A stretch of 64,000 nt of DNA from Lytechinus pictus (lineage: Eukaryota), in NCBI RefSeq assembly GCF_037042905.1, contig NC_087263.1:13208001-13272000 (forward strand). Direction: 5' to 3'. The first letter of the stretch is position 1. Every line of letters starts with the position of its first letter. The notes beneath the pieces were generated by a model. That model searched no databases, had not been told where the DNA came from, and saw only the letters and a list, made by a program, of their open reading frames with translations. This document shows positions 52,568 to 64,000 of this stretch, piece by piece. A program made the position numbers and the translations under genes.

Positions 52568-53724
52568 CGTCGTGGGCATATAACATCCTCTCAAATGGGA
52601 GACGACTCTGGTGGCCACGAAAGATATGTTTTCACTCTACTCAGGTGGCCACTAACACAGATTTGACTGAAGTTTCCACATAAATATAAAAGTTACCTTG
52701 TAATTCTTCATGAAATTGGTCCTCAGATCATCCCTGCCCATCCTACAGTTCTCTTGCGACTTTGCAATTAACCGGTTGATAACCACAATTTACAATTCCA
52801 ATGAGCTCAGCACATGTCAGGGCCACCCTTTTTGCAGTATGCAACTGGTTAATTTCTCAATTACAAGGTCAGGAGCTCAATCTACACATACTAGTATGCC
52901 GCCTCCTTTGAACATTTGCTATCAAGAGAGAATATATTTCATTGCAAACATTGCTTCTGAACTTCTCAATGCCGTTAAGAACTAATTTTGACATTGTTAC
53001 CACAACTGGCATTCATTTTTAAAATAAATCATACAGGGAGCATCTTGAAAAAAATATTAATAAGCATTTGAAAATGGGATACAACCAAACATGCAATTAT
53101 TTTGTTATTCATTTCCAGCCTTCAGAAAAACCAAAGCATTATGACATGACAAAAACAAGCTCAAGATCAACTTAAAAAACAAGTGCCATAGAATGAAATT
53201 AATTCAAAACAAAACCAACAATGCTATGACTTATCAATCAAACAATATCACATGCTGTTGACAAATCTAGATCTCCCATACTAAATAGACTATCAGATTG
53301 CCTTTGATCAATGACATCACTATTCAGCTAATCCTTGAGACATTAAAGCCACCATTGAACTGCAGAGACGGAAGTGACCATGGCAGAATCAAAGAACTTG
53401 ACAACTTTGCCAGGATCGGCATCTGGAAACTCTTCAGTTGTCCACACTCAAAATCAACAATCCATGTACAGCGCTTACTCATCGAAGTCTGTCACTTCTG
53501 GTTCAATGTTACAGAGAGAGTAAATTAAACATGCCAAAATCGTGATACAGGGTTTGAACTTTTAGCCAATGAATTAGGCTTTCCGAAAAATGAAGAGCGG
53601 TGGACCAACGAGATCTGACAAGTAAATGACCATTGTTTCTTGAAGTGGCTTTGTCCGAAGGAGTCAGGATAAGTCTAATGATCAGGACTAATTTCAACCT
53701 TTCCCAATCAAGGAAGGGACTAAT

Positions 53725-54195
53725 GTTTGATGGCACCATTGTACCATCGTCAAACTAATTCAAACTTTATTATATCAAGGAACTGAAGGATTTTCTCATG
53801 ACGTTTGATGGTAGCATTGTTTAAATGCATTGCTCAACTCAATTAAATTTTATTCATAAAGGATTTGAAGGATTTTCTAATAAAATATTTGACATTTGAT
53901 GGTTCCATTTCAAGATTATCTTTTCTTCTTCTCTTTTCATTGGTCCATTCCTTTCTGTCCTCTCCCTCAATCTTTTTAGCTGACGTTTGATGACACCATT
54001 GCACCATCGTCAAACTAATTCAAACTTTATTAAATCAAGGAACTGAAGGATTTTCTTATGACGTTTGATGGTAGCATTGTTTAAATGCATTGCTCAACTC
54101 AATCAAATTTCATTTATCAAGGAACTGAAGGATTTTCTAATAAAATATTTGACATTTGACGGCTCCATTGCAAGATTATCCTTTTTATTTTCTCT
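53725..54195. repeat. Tandem duplication, ~260-bp unit
   Basis: GTTTGATG(G/A)CACCATTG(T/C)ACCATCGTCAAAC at 53725 and 53985. Confidence 0.9.
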
Positions 54196-55277
54196 TATCC
54201 TTCTCTCCCTCCTTTACACTTTTTGGTTTAGCATATATCAACTTCTATTCTTCCTTTTTATTCAATCTTTGAATAATGCTTAAATCTACTCTCTTACTTT
54301 GATCCCCTCCCCTTCTCCTTCAGATTTCTCAGTCAAATGTTCCCATTATTATTCATGTTATCCACTCAATAAAAAATCAAACAGGAGCTTGTGGCAATTT
54401 CGCCCCCAAAATGCTCTAAAAGAGCCATGGAAAATGAAAAAGAGCCCCCGAAATTCCCCATTCACTGCAAGATTAAAGCTTAACCAATGTTGAAGACTTG
54501 GACAATAAGCCAGTTCACGGTTAGCTCATGATCAACTTTTCTCAAATGACCTTTGTGATTTTTCATTAGGATAAGCACTATCATTTTCAAATGTAGATGT
54601 TGCGTAAGCTTTACCGGTAGAGTATTCAAATTCTAAGAACAAAAGGCATTGTATAGACCAGGTGACTAGAATAGTACATCAGGGATACAGTTTGGAAATC
54701 TGTTTTATTGTCTGCCTTTGGCACATTTGACTATTGTTTAGGCTACTGTCAAATACCAGTGATTATGAAGGCTCTATTTATTACTCTTCAGCTTGGATGT
54801 GATAAATATTTTGAAAGGAATACATGAATAATCATCAAATCACAAATGCCTATGTCAGTGAATTTGAAAGCCACCTTCATGGTTGTCTCCAATGACCTTT
54901 TTCTGCTCGCGCGCAGTTTACAACCGTGAACAGGCTTATTGGTTGTGGAGAGAAGCCCCTTATTTCAAGAGTTCTTCCAGTTATTACACCCCCCCCCCCA
55001 CATTCCCTGTGCCTCCCTGCACATGTCAAATATTACCAAAATTCTATTTTTTATTTGCTGTTCCATTTTTATTTCTCAATTGGTTGTTTTAAACAAATTG
55101 TCTTTCTGTCATCTCACTACTCTTCCCCTTTACCTCAGCCTTTATATTCCAACCACTTTGATTCAAAACTTCAGTTGTTGAATTCAGCTTTATGCAAGGT
55201 TGATTGTAACATTTAGAAAAAGGTTGTCACCCCTCTAACCTTTTAATTGCTGATATGAAAATGTTAGCGTGTAGTAA

Positions 55278-55651
55278 ACCGTGCCGGTCGCACAGAAACG
55301 TTGTTAGCCAAACAGAGCGCTAACAGTAAGCCCAGTCACATCTTTTGAATTGTAAAGTCAAAATATTTATCAATGTGTACCGTAAGTAATGCTTGGTAAC
55401 ATCAGGCATCGCTGCTACAGTGCCGATTGTAACAGGGCCTCTGATAGTGCACGGAAACATTGTTAGCCAAACAGAGCGCTAACAGTAAGCCGAGTCACTT
55501 CTTTCGAATTGTAAAGTCAACATATTTATTGATGTGTACTGTAAGTTATGCTTTGTAACATCAGGCATCGCTGCTACAGTGCCGATTGTAACAGGGCCTC
55601 TGATTAGCGCACTGTTAGCACTAACAACGTTTCTGTGCAGTCAGTACAGGT
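55278..55651. mobile_element. MITE with an internal 159-bp tandem duplication
   Basis: GCACAGAAACGTTGTTAG (55290) / CTAACAACGTTTCTGTGC (55621); TTGTTAGCCAAACAGAGCGC at 55301 and 55460. Confidence 0.8.
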
Positions 55652-55855
55652 GAACAGTGAACCTCACAGTACACTTACCTGAATGGAGATCAAAATCCAA
55701 AGAGAAGGCAACCATCATCGTAAGGAAAGCATGGAACATGAAAGAGAAAGGAAACCAAAAAAAATGTTAAAACAAGGGGAAAAGCTGAAAATATTTTTTT
55801 AAGAAAAATATACAAAGTTTGAGGTATCTTAAATATAGTTTTCCTGATGAAATCA

Positions 55856-56011
55856 GGGGAACGTTTCATCAACAGTTTCATCTGACAAGTTGTCAGATCA
55901 GACATCTTTCCCTGATGTTGATTGGCTGAGAAGCACTGTTCCTATGGTAACTGTCAAATAAAATGGGCCTTGTCGGATAAAATGTCCAACAAGTTCTTTC
56001 ATGAAGACTCC
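55856..56011. mobile_element. Short MITE, same family as 18431 and 23066
   Basis: GGGGAACGTTTCATCAAC...TGACAAGTTGTCAGATC...TTTCATGAAGACTCCC. Confidence 0.8.
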
Positions 56012-57481
56012 CCAGGATTACTTTCAAATACACATCCATTTTCCAATATACTACACAATAATGAATATATTGAGACAACATCAACTGACAAAATGGGCAA
56101 AAATTAAAATGAGCATACACTGTATGTGGATAAAGAAAGAAGACTTCAAATTGCAAGTTAATATTTACTCTTTCTTCTCTTTCCTATTAAAGAGAGGGAA
56201 TCAATCAATCAAACAATCAACCTTGAATCTTTCACAACTGCAACTGACTTGCATCTTGATATCAATTATAAAATCGATTGCACCTTTTGTGTTGTAGGGC
56301 ACAATAATTCTATTCTTTAAGTCAAGAAGTAATCATTGTAATATTTACTTTGATTATTAGCATGATAAAGATACTGACATTATTTACAAACAACTGAGTT
56401 ACTTTTAGTCAAAATCACTCAAACTTCCAAAAAGGAGCCGCCTGACTGACTCGGAAGGGGCAACTCTTAGATTTACCAGGGGGTGGGGGCACTTTTTTAA
56501 GATAAACAAAAAATACGAGAAAGAATGGAGGGCTAAGGCTGCTTGCCCAACCCCCTCCCCCTTTCTGGATCTACATTTGCAACCCAGATCCCAATATTCC
56601 CCATTACAAAAAGTAAGAACTAGGTCCTGTATTACAGCCCTATTTTACACCCAAATTTTGTCATTTCCCCAATGAAAATGTGTTCCAATCTCTGAGGAAA
56701 TCGACCTACATGAAACATACTTCATGACGGAAACCCAATCAAAGATGACTGATGACAAAGTCGCCAAGAATTTTACTCATTCTTCGCTGTCACGGCCCTC
56801 CCCATCCTGTTTCAGCGTTTTAGGGTGCATTCACACTGCGATCCATAAACGTTATTGCTAAGCAGCTATACACCTCTTCACTACAAGTGACACAAATTCA
56901 AAATTGAAACTTAATCCTGCATAGAATATCATTACAAGTATTTCATTTCTTGTAGAATTACACATACGCTATTGCACTGTGTGTAGATTCCACTTTTTGG
57001 TCACATGACCATCCTTCTAGGTTATATGAGCAAACTAATAATCCCTCCCTCCCCCCTCTTCTGAAATAGCAGGCTCGAAATGACTTTTCAACATAAATAT
57101 CGTTTTTTTAACCACATTTTTGTTTTGTTTTGTTTTTATTTTGTTTTGGATTTTGGTTTTTTTTTTTTTTTTTTGTTATTTTATTTATTTTTTATTTTTA
57201 TTTGCTTTCATGTTGTTGGATTGATTGGATTTTTCTCCTTTTTTAGCTGTGTAAATGGACCTTGTTTTCAAGTACCACATTCTTCCTCAAAACCTGATCT
57301 ATGTTCTGTCATGCCATGTGTTTCCTTATATCGAGTCATCAAAGCAGATTGCTAATGAACTGTTTTAAGGACATCATTTACTCAGGTTAAAATTTACGGG
57401 TTCGGGGTGTTATTGGTTTGAAATTACCTGACTGGTCTGAACGTTAAAAAACATTTCTTTATTCTTGGTGCAAATATAATA

Positions 57482-57857
57482 CCCCTTTCATAAACCAATC
57501 CTCCAATTAGCCGCCTAAGAGTAATGTGGATAATTCAATAAAAATTGCGTTCACAAACTCCGAAAATAATCCGCACTATTTTTACGAGCGCCCGTCCTGA
57601 AAAAGGCGGATAATCGTCATGACAACTGCACACGCCCCCTCTGATGCGGTTGTGTTGGAAAAGGGTGACCTTGTGACCGCGCCATGGCAATTATCCGCAT
57701 TATTTGGAAATGCGTTCATAAAGTCAAAATCTGGTCCCGATGCCGCTATTATGCGGATAATTGCAGCATCAAAATAATGCGGATAACTCTGGTCCTCCTC
57801 CGATTTTACAAACAAATTATGCTGCTATTAGCCGCATAATTGGGTTTATGAAAGGGG
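57482..57857. mobile_element. TA-flanked MITE
   Basis: TA-CCCCTTTCATAAACC...GGTTTATGAAAGGGG-TA; internal GCGGATAA/TTATCCGC repeats. Confidence 0.9.
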
Positions 57858-60800
57858 TATGAGTTTGGTTTTTCATTTTGAGCATATGAGTTAAAGTTCA
57901 TGTCAGAATTCTTTTGACAATGAAATTGATTAGGATCACTGTCCTATTTCCAGGCTAATTTGCCCTGTCTGCAGTGGGTTTCCTTGACTGCTGTTGAAGA
58001 ATGAATCAAAGCTTCAAAGTTTTCAAAACATTCTTGTTTGGAGAAGATGGGAGGAAATGAAATCGATGAGAAGATATGGAAGAGCCGTGTCAGTCCACAG
58101 CTCCACCCCACGACACCCCCCCCCCCCCCCTCCGAATCATGCTCTTTCTTTTGATTGAGGGTGCCTTTACAGTAATGGTACAATTCAAACAAAAAATAAA
58201 TAAATAATCAACAAAGGAAAAGGGAAAGAATTTGATGAGAAGATATGGAATAGCTCAGTCACCCTAGAACTCCACCACTAACCGCACCAACCCTCCCCTC
58301 CTCCTTCCGACTTGCCATCTTTCCTTTGACTGAGGGCGCCTTTATCACCATCTTTAGCCCGGCAGATAATACGCAATCCAATTGCAATCCCATATGGGAG
58401 GAAAAAATGAAATAGCACTTGGTACAAATCGTCCGACCTACAAAATCCTAGAGATCTAATTTTCATATAGTGGTAAAATTCAAGTCTATTGCAAGTGATT
58501 TTAATTCAAAATCGTAGTGACATCGATGCGATCTACGATTTTAAGCCAGTTTGGACTTGAATCTGACCATGAGGCTTGCAGTAAAGCAAAATCATGATTT
58601 TAGTAATCCTATGTTTTATTCCAAACTTCAAATAAGTTGTTTATACCTGTTCGATATTTCATATTTATTGCAAAGTGCCATTTTGTTTCCACTCAGGTCC
58701 CATCAGATCATAGTTAGTGGAAGAAAGTGACAAGTGGAAGAAAGTGACAAAAGGAAAAGGAATTAGACAAAAGATAGTAAGGGAAAGAAGATTTGGTTAA
58801 CCAATGATATGGGCTATGATAAGACAGAAAGGGTAACAAAGGGAAGAGTACAGATGGAATAGGAAAGGGCCAAGAGATAGTAGGTGGATAGGAGATTTGT
58901 CCGAGCGGTGATGCGGGCTTCGATTAATCAGACGTCACAGACACTGGTATCATTAATCTATGAGATGACACACAACGATGATGAACCCCGGACCGCATCT
59001 TCTGATGGGTGCCAGCTACAACCCTTAACTATGCAAAATATGACAATATTTTGACTGGATGAGGGTGACTAGGTCTCTGAAAATGCGATGCTTGTTCAGG
59101 ATAGATGGTGATTTGAAGATGAGAGGGTAATTGGAAGGGGGAGGGGGTAGGAGACTGGGGGTCTCCTCAACTGATAGAAGGAACCTTATTTGGAAAAGGC
59201 AGGCAAACAGATCATAACCATTGGCAAAACATTTGGAATATATTTCCAATGTCATCATCATTATTTTGATTTAAACCTTGATGCAGAAAACAAACTTAAA
59301 AAAAAAAGAGAAATAACATTTGTTAACCATTGAAGTAACTTGCTATTAATAGTTTAATACCAGTGAATATTAGACTAGTGAATAATGGTAATACAGTGAA
59401 CTATTAGTAAGCATTCTCCAATTTCATCATCTGTTTACTGTCATTAACTATGACATTAAGACTTCACATCACTTAGAAAAAAAAAGATATTTCTCACCAA
59501 AGAGCCATATAATGAAAGTGGGTTGGAATGTAATTAGGTCATCATCATCGCCAATCCATTTTAAGCATGTAACCATCATGTGTGATAGTAGGACAGTGCT
59601 CTTGCAAACTGGTGACGAGGGGTTGAATACCATGAAGCTCATGAATACTAAATAAACCCTAATCATAACTTTAATATTATTCTGAAGTTCTGAACCAAAA
59701 ACTTTGTTACAATCCTCAATATAACCTTATGCCCTCCGAGATATTAAGACCTGAGCACATGTTGTGCCACTGAATACCAAGCCTGTGGGCTATCAGTATC
59801 CCATTATCTGGTCCCTAGTATAGAACCTTAAACTGTCAGTCCTTTGGTAGCTTACTTCAAGCATTCATGGATTCTTTCATAGCAATCAGGACCATTAATG
59901 ATGCATCAGAGTAAATTCATGATGAAAATATTTAATGAATTTTCTCTTGGAGCAAAAAATGAAAGCATTGATAGCTCGTAATAGACATTGCAGGGCCAGT
60001 TAAAATTAGTGTTCATGGGTTTACAATTTTTAAAAAACTTTTGAAGTTTTGACCCTGTGAAAACATGAAAACGGATCACACATTCTGTTTCTTGCAGGGA
60101 TGGGGGGAAGGGCATGTTACCATGTTCATTTTTAAAATTGCTACAACTAATGTGACATCTTTAATGTGTGCTTTTTTTGTTGAGGGGTGGGGATCTGAAT
60201 AAATTGATAAAAAGGGAAGTAGTGACTCGTGATTTTGAGAGTGTTCAGATTTTTTTTTAAATTCATTGTGGGTCTAGACTTGGTCTCCAGTCTAGACTGA
60301 TCCTGTGAGAGTAACAAGATCTGAAGCATAATACTAAATGTGAACAAACATCCCATCCACCCCCCCCCCCCTCCTTCCTTTCAGTTTAACAAGAAATCCT
60401 GGTACTTTCAATAGGCATCTCTGGGCCTTACAGCATAAAAATTAGTGATTAATCATAGGGCCGATAGCTACAGATAATTGGATTGATTATTGCGTATGAT
60501 AAATAACAAAAATCAGCAAAAAATGATTGCTTTCCTTCAAGTTATGAGGATCTGGACTAGACATGTCCAAGGAGAACTTCAAAACATAATTTTATTATTA
60601 TTATTCACATCAAAATGGTAGGGTAAGCCATCAGTTATTTTTTTTCACGATCCATTATAAATGTTAGTTGAATAAGGCTTGACAGATCAACTTTGGAAGA
60701 ACAAGGGCATAAAAGCTGCTGGCGTTAACACACTACATCCTATAGAGTCTGGACTGGTAGACCAAGTCTGGACCAGTCCTGGGAGAGTTTAACAAGGGTC

Positions 60801-61071
60801 TGGAACAAGCACTAAGCGCTGCCCTGTGACTCATGGCCCGACTATGCATGGACCCCTGTACCTACCAGGTTCCTGGCCGGGACTCTGGGAGGAATTCCCC
60901 ACTTGCTCTGCTAACACATAGCATGCATGCAAGCCTGGCAGTCACTAATCAAAACAATAGTCGTGTTCACACTGCGGTGACATGGACGATACGCTAGGTG
61001 ACATACAGAGCCTTTTTTTTTATATAATAAAAAGTCTAAATTAGAACAAATGATCACAAACCTATCTGCAT

Positions 61072-61237
61072 ATACTTACTTACTTACCTACCTACTTACT
61101 TACAAACTTACTTACTTTTATCTGCTTACTTACTTGCTTACATCTTTACTTTTACTTGCTTGCTTACTTACTTACTTACTTTACTTACCCGACTTACTTA
61201 TTTACTTACTTACTTACTTACTTACTTATTTACTTAC
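61072..61237. repeat. (CTTA)n microsatellite
   Basis: Degenerate TACT/CTTA tetranucleotide run. Confidence 0.95.
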
Positions 61238-62011
61238 AATGAAGCATATCAACATAGGTTTTTTTTCATCCAATATATACTTATACATGTAGGCTAAGTT
61301 ATGGATTTGTATTTTTTATTGTGTTATTGTATGACATCACATGTGAGCACCTCCCATATACCATAAATCATTGCCATTTTCACACACAAAATCGCCAAGG
61401 ACTTTTACCTGGTGCATTTGAACAACAATCAGGCATATCATTTCATAGACATCTTAATCAAAGAAAAAATATCCAGTCATCATGAACCACAGTAAAAGTT
61501 GCAATTCATGAAAAGTATGTAAGAAGAATTATAGGGGAGCTGGTTTTGTAAGCCAAGATGAATCAAGGGTGGACTTCTCTTTTAACTTGTAAAATCTCAC
61601 ATGAACATGGCTCACAAGTCATTCCCCTGGATCCACCATCTGTTCAATGGTATCATCTATCCCCTCCATTTGTGAAAGCAAAATCAATGACAACTATGCA
61701 TAGTTTTGCATATTACTCACTGTAATGTTCATATTAACCCATTTAATTCTGATTTTTCCAGTTCCCATAGACTCTCTGCACGCCCCACCAGCTCCTGTAG
61801 GCAATGTGTTCAGAGGCACTTGAATGTTAACCCTCCCCCCTTTCAGACAAAAAAAATAATTTTCATTTTCACACCCTAACATTGCAGTTAATGATTTTCC
61901 AGGGCTCTTTTGAACATTTCTGGAGCAACATCACCTCGAGCCCCTATATAGTATTTCCCTGCCCCCTTTACTGATGGGGTAAGGGGTAGAGGGGAGGGCA
62001 GAAAAAAAAAT

Positions 62012-62456
62012 CAGGGTGCTACATAAGCACTTGCCCGGGGCAAGTAAAAGTTAGAGTCGGGAAAGTGTTTTGAAGTAAAGACCAAAACTACTTGCCCGAT
62101 CTGGACAAGCGAAATTCTCACAGTAGAATGACCAAAATTAGGGTCGATATGATATGATATTGACCCTAATTTTGGTCACTTTGGAAAAAGTAATGCAATA
62201 ACGTAGATCAGTTCATGTCAAAAGAGAAAAAAGGTCAATGGTTTATAAAACCGCAAAACTTTCTTTTGAAGAGGTAAAACTTTTTTTTTCAAAGATTTTT
62301 TTGGGCAAGTGAAATATTTTTTGGGGCAAGTATATTCCAAATATTAAAAAAAAATTTGGGCAAGTGAAATATATTTTTGGGCTAGTATATTCCAAATATT
62401 AAAAAATTTACTTGCCCGACTGGGCAAGTGCTTCTAGAAAGTTATGTAGCACCCTG
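62012..62456. mobile_element. hAT-like MITE
   Basis: CAGGGTGCTACATAA...TTATGTAGCACCCTG; many CTTGCCC/GGGCAAG subterminal repeats; TSD not evident. Confidence 0.8.
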
Positions 62457-63504
62457 AAATTGTTAAATGGCTATTATTTTTAGCCTCCTAATAACAGTAG
62501 TTATTTGGCAAATAACTGGAGCCAATTCTAATAACACTTCCAGCCCTACATAACCCTCAGTGCCCTGACATTTTTTTTTCACTGGTAGGGGCTAGGGATA
62601 AGAAATGAGAGGTCAACAGGGATAAACAGGGAAAATAATCTTTTTTGGGGGAGACTATTTTAGCTCACCAGACACTGTCAGACAGAATTTGTTACATTGT
62701 ATTTCAATTAACATTGGACCCTTAGCAATTTCATGAGCTCTTTTTTTCAGTTTCCCTAAGGCTTTTGTTTTGGGGTATTTCAAGGGGAATTTGCCAGAGC
62801 CCCATGCAATTTTGTTTTTCCTGGGGGCAATGATGCCAATTTAAACCTGAAATAAAATGTTTTGTACAAATAGGTTAAAATTCCGAAGTTTGCCCTGAAA
62901 ATCGGTTGCCTGTGCCCATAAAAGCTCTTTTTTCCAGAGTTTATCCATCTTTTTTTTAAAGATCTCACCACCATACACCATGACGCCTATTAAACATAAA
63001 ACAAGGTCCACTTTGAAAGTTAAAAGGTTTAGGATTCCAAAAATAGAAAGTAGGGTAGCCCTGAATGAAGGCCAAAACTAAAGTTAAGGAGAAATGAATC
63101 ATATTACTTCAATGGCTTCCAAACCTGTCAGCTTTTGCTTCAAATCTTAGGGATTTCTCCCAAATACATTGTGCTTTCCATCAGAATTAAGAGATATCAG
63201 ACAGTCTTAATTCTGCCAAAGTGAAGGGATTCCAACAGCTAAGATTGAGGAGCAATGGCGAGGAACGACCCCATTCAGGAGACCGTGATGGGGCATCAAA
63301 TATAATAGAAGAGGAATTGGCATTTCCTTAATCCATGGATAAGGAAATTGTTGATAAACGAGTCATTCAATAAAAATAGAATTGGTAGATTAAATCAATT
63401 TGGCTGCGAAAGATGCCATCCACCCCCCCCCCCCCCACGGCAATAGAGTGTATCATATTCAAATCTAAAAATAGAGATCAAACATAAAAGTGATCACAAT
63501 TGAG

Positions 63505-64000
63505 GCATAATAATCTGTTTATAAATAAAATTGGAAGACAAAATATATAAAAGGAAAGGCTTAACTCATCAACAGGTTGATTGTATATCATTGTATTTAT
63601 GTTATGCAAAGCAAAGCTGATTTGAAGACAAAAAGAGTTGCTTTTTTAAGAAAGTGATTGGCATTGAGACATACTAATCTATTAATAAAAATGGGATATA
63701 AAAAAGGAATGGATTAATTCATAAATTAGGTGAATATAAATCATTGTATTTATTATAGATGCAAAGCATATTCCAAGATAAGAAGAAAGTGATTAGCATT
63801 GAGGTGTGTTAATCTGTCTATAAATAAAATGGAATTATAAAAATAGATAAGGAAAGGATTAACTCATCAATCGGTTGATTGGAAATCAATTTAATTCATG
63901 CAAAGCAAAGAAGATTTGAAGACAGATTTTTTTTTACAAATAGATCAGCAATGATGCATATTAATCTGTCTATAAATAAAATGGGAAGATAAAAAATAGA
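63505..64000. repeat. Degenerate tandem repeat running off the window
   Basis: TAATCT(G/A)T.TATAAATAAAAT recurs; TTAACTCATCAA and ATGCAAAGCA repeated. Confidence 0.75.

Larger units (their letters stand above)
1347..64000 (-). other. Very large intron of the DUSP16/8-like gene (5' end outside the window)
   Basis: Acceptor AG at 1348-1347. The upstream exon should encode roughly IDSR..EYN...CSKL.KRRLQQDK; I found no such frame by eye. The interval consists of repeats and non-coding unique sequence. Confidence 0.65.

Noticed and set aside
53380..53523. 47-codon plus-strand ORF with accATGG context (MAESKNLTTLPGS...)
   Set aside because: Short, no recognisable homology, no supporting gene structure.

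Overview
Eukaryotic, AT-rich, repeat-dense DNA, probably echinoderm (sea-urchin-like; inferred from the repeat landscape, not proven). Only one protein-coding exon is supportable: a 175-nt minus-strand exon (1172-1346) encoding part of the rhodanese/Cdc25-homology (MAPK-binding) domain of a DUSP16/DUSP8 (MKP-7-type) MAPK phosphatase. I could not find the preceding coding exon, so 1347-64000 appears to be one intron of more than 62 kb. It is filled with tRNA-derived SINEs, TIR MITEs (hAT, Kolobok, Harbinger-like, CACT-ended, AcademH-like), tandem duplications and simple repeats. No ORF in the supplied track looks like a real gene. The most interesting signals: (1) three sense-strand YAG|GTAAG junctions with long AG-free zones, candidate recursive splice sites; (2) four 16-28 bp CATG-ended micro-hairpins between 7-bp duplications, resembling P-superfamily excision footprints; (3) a 75-bp satellite whose unit looks like a tiny TTAA-bounded piggyBac-type element; (4) excess TACATGTA/TAGGCCTA octamers, possibly TA-site excision scars; (5) paired AP-1 + NF-kB motif modules and a CTCF-like site. 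All motif counts are by eye.
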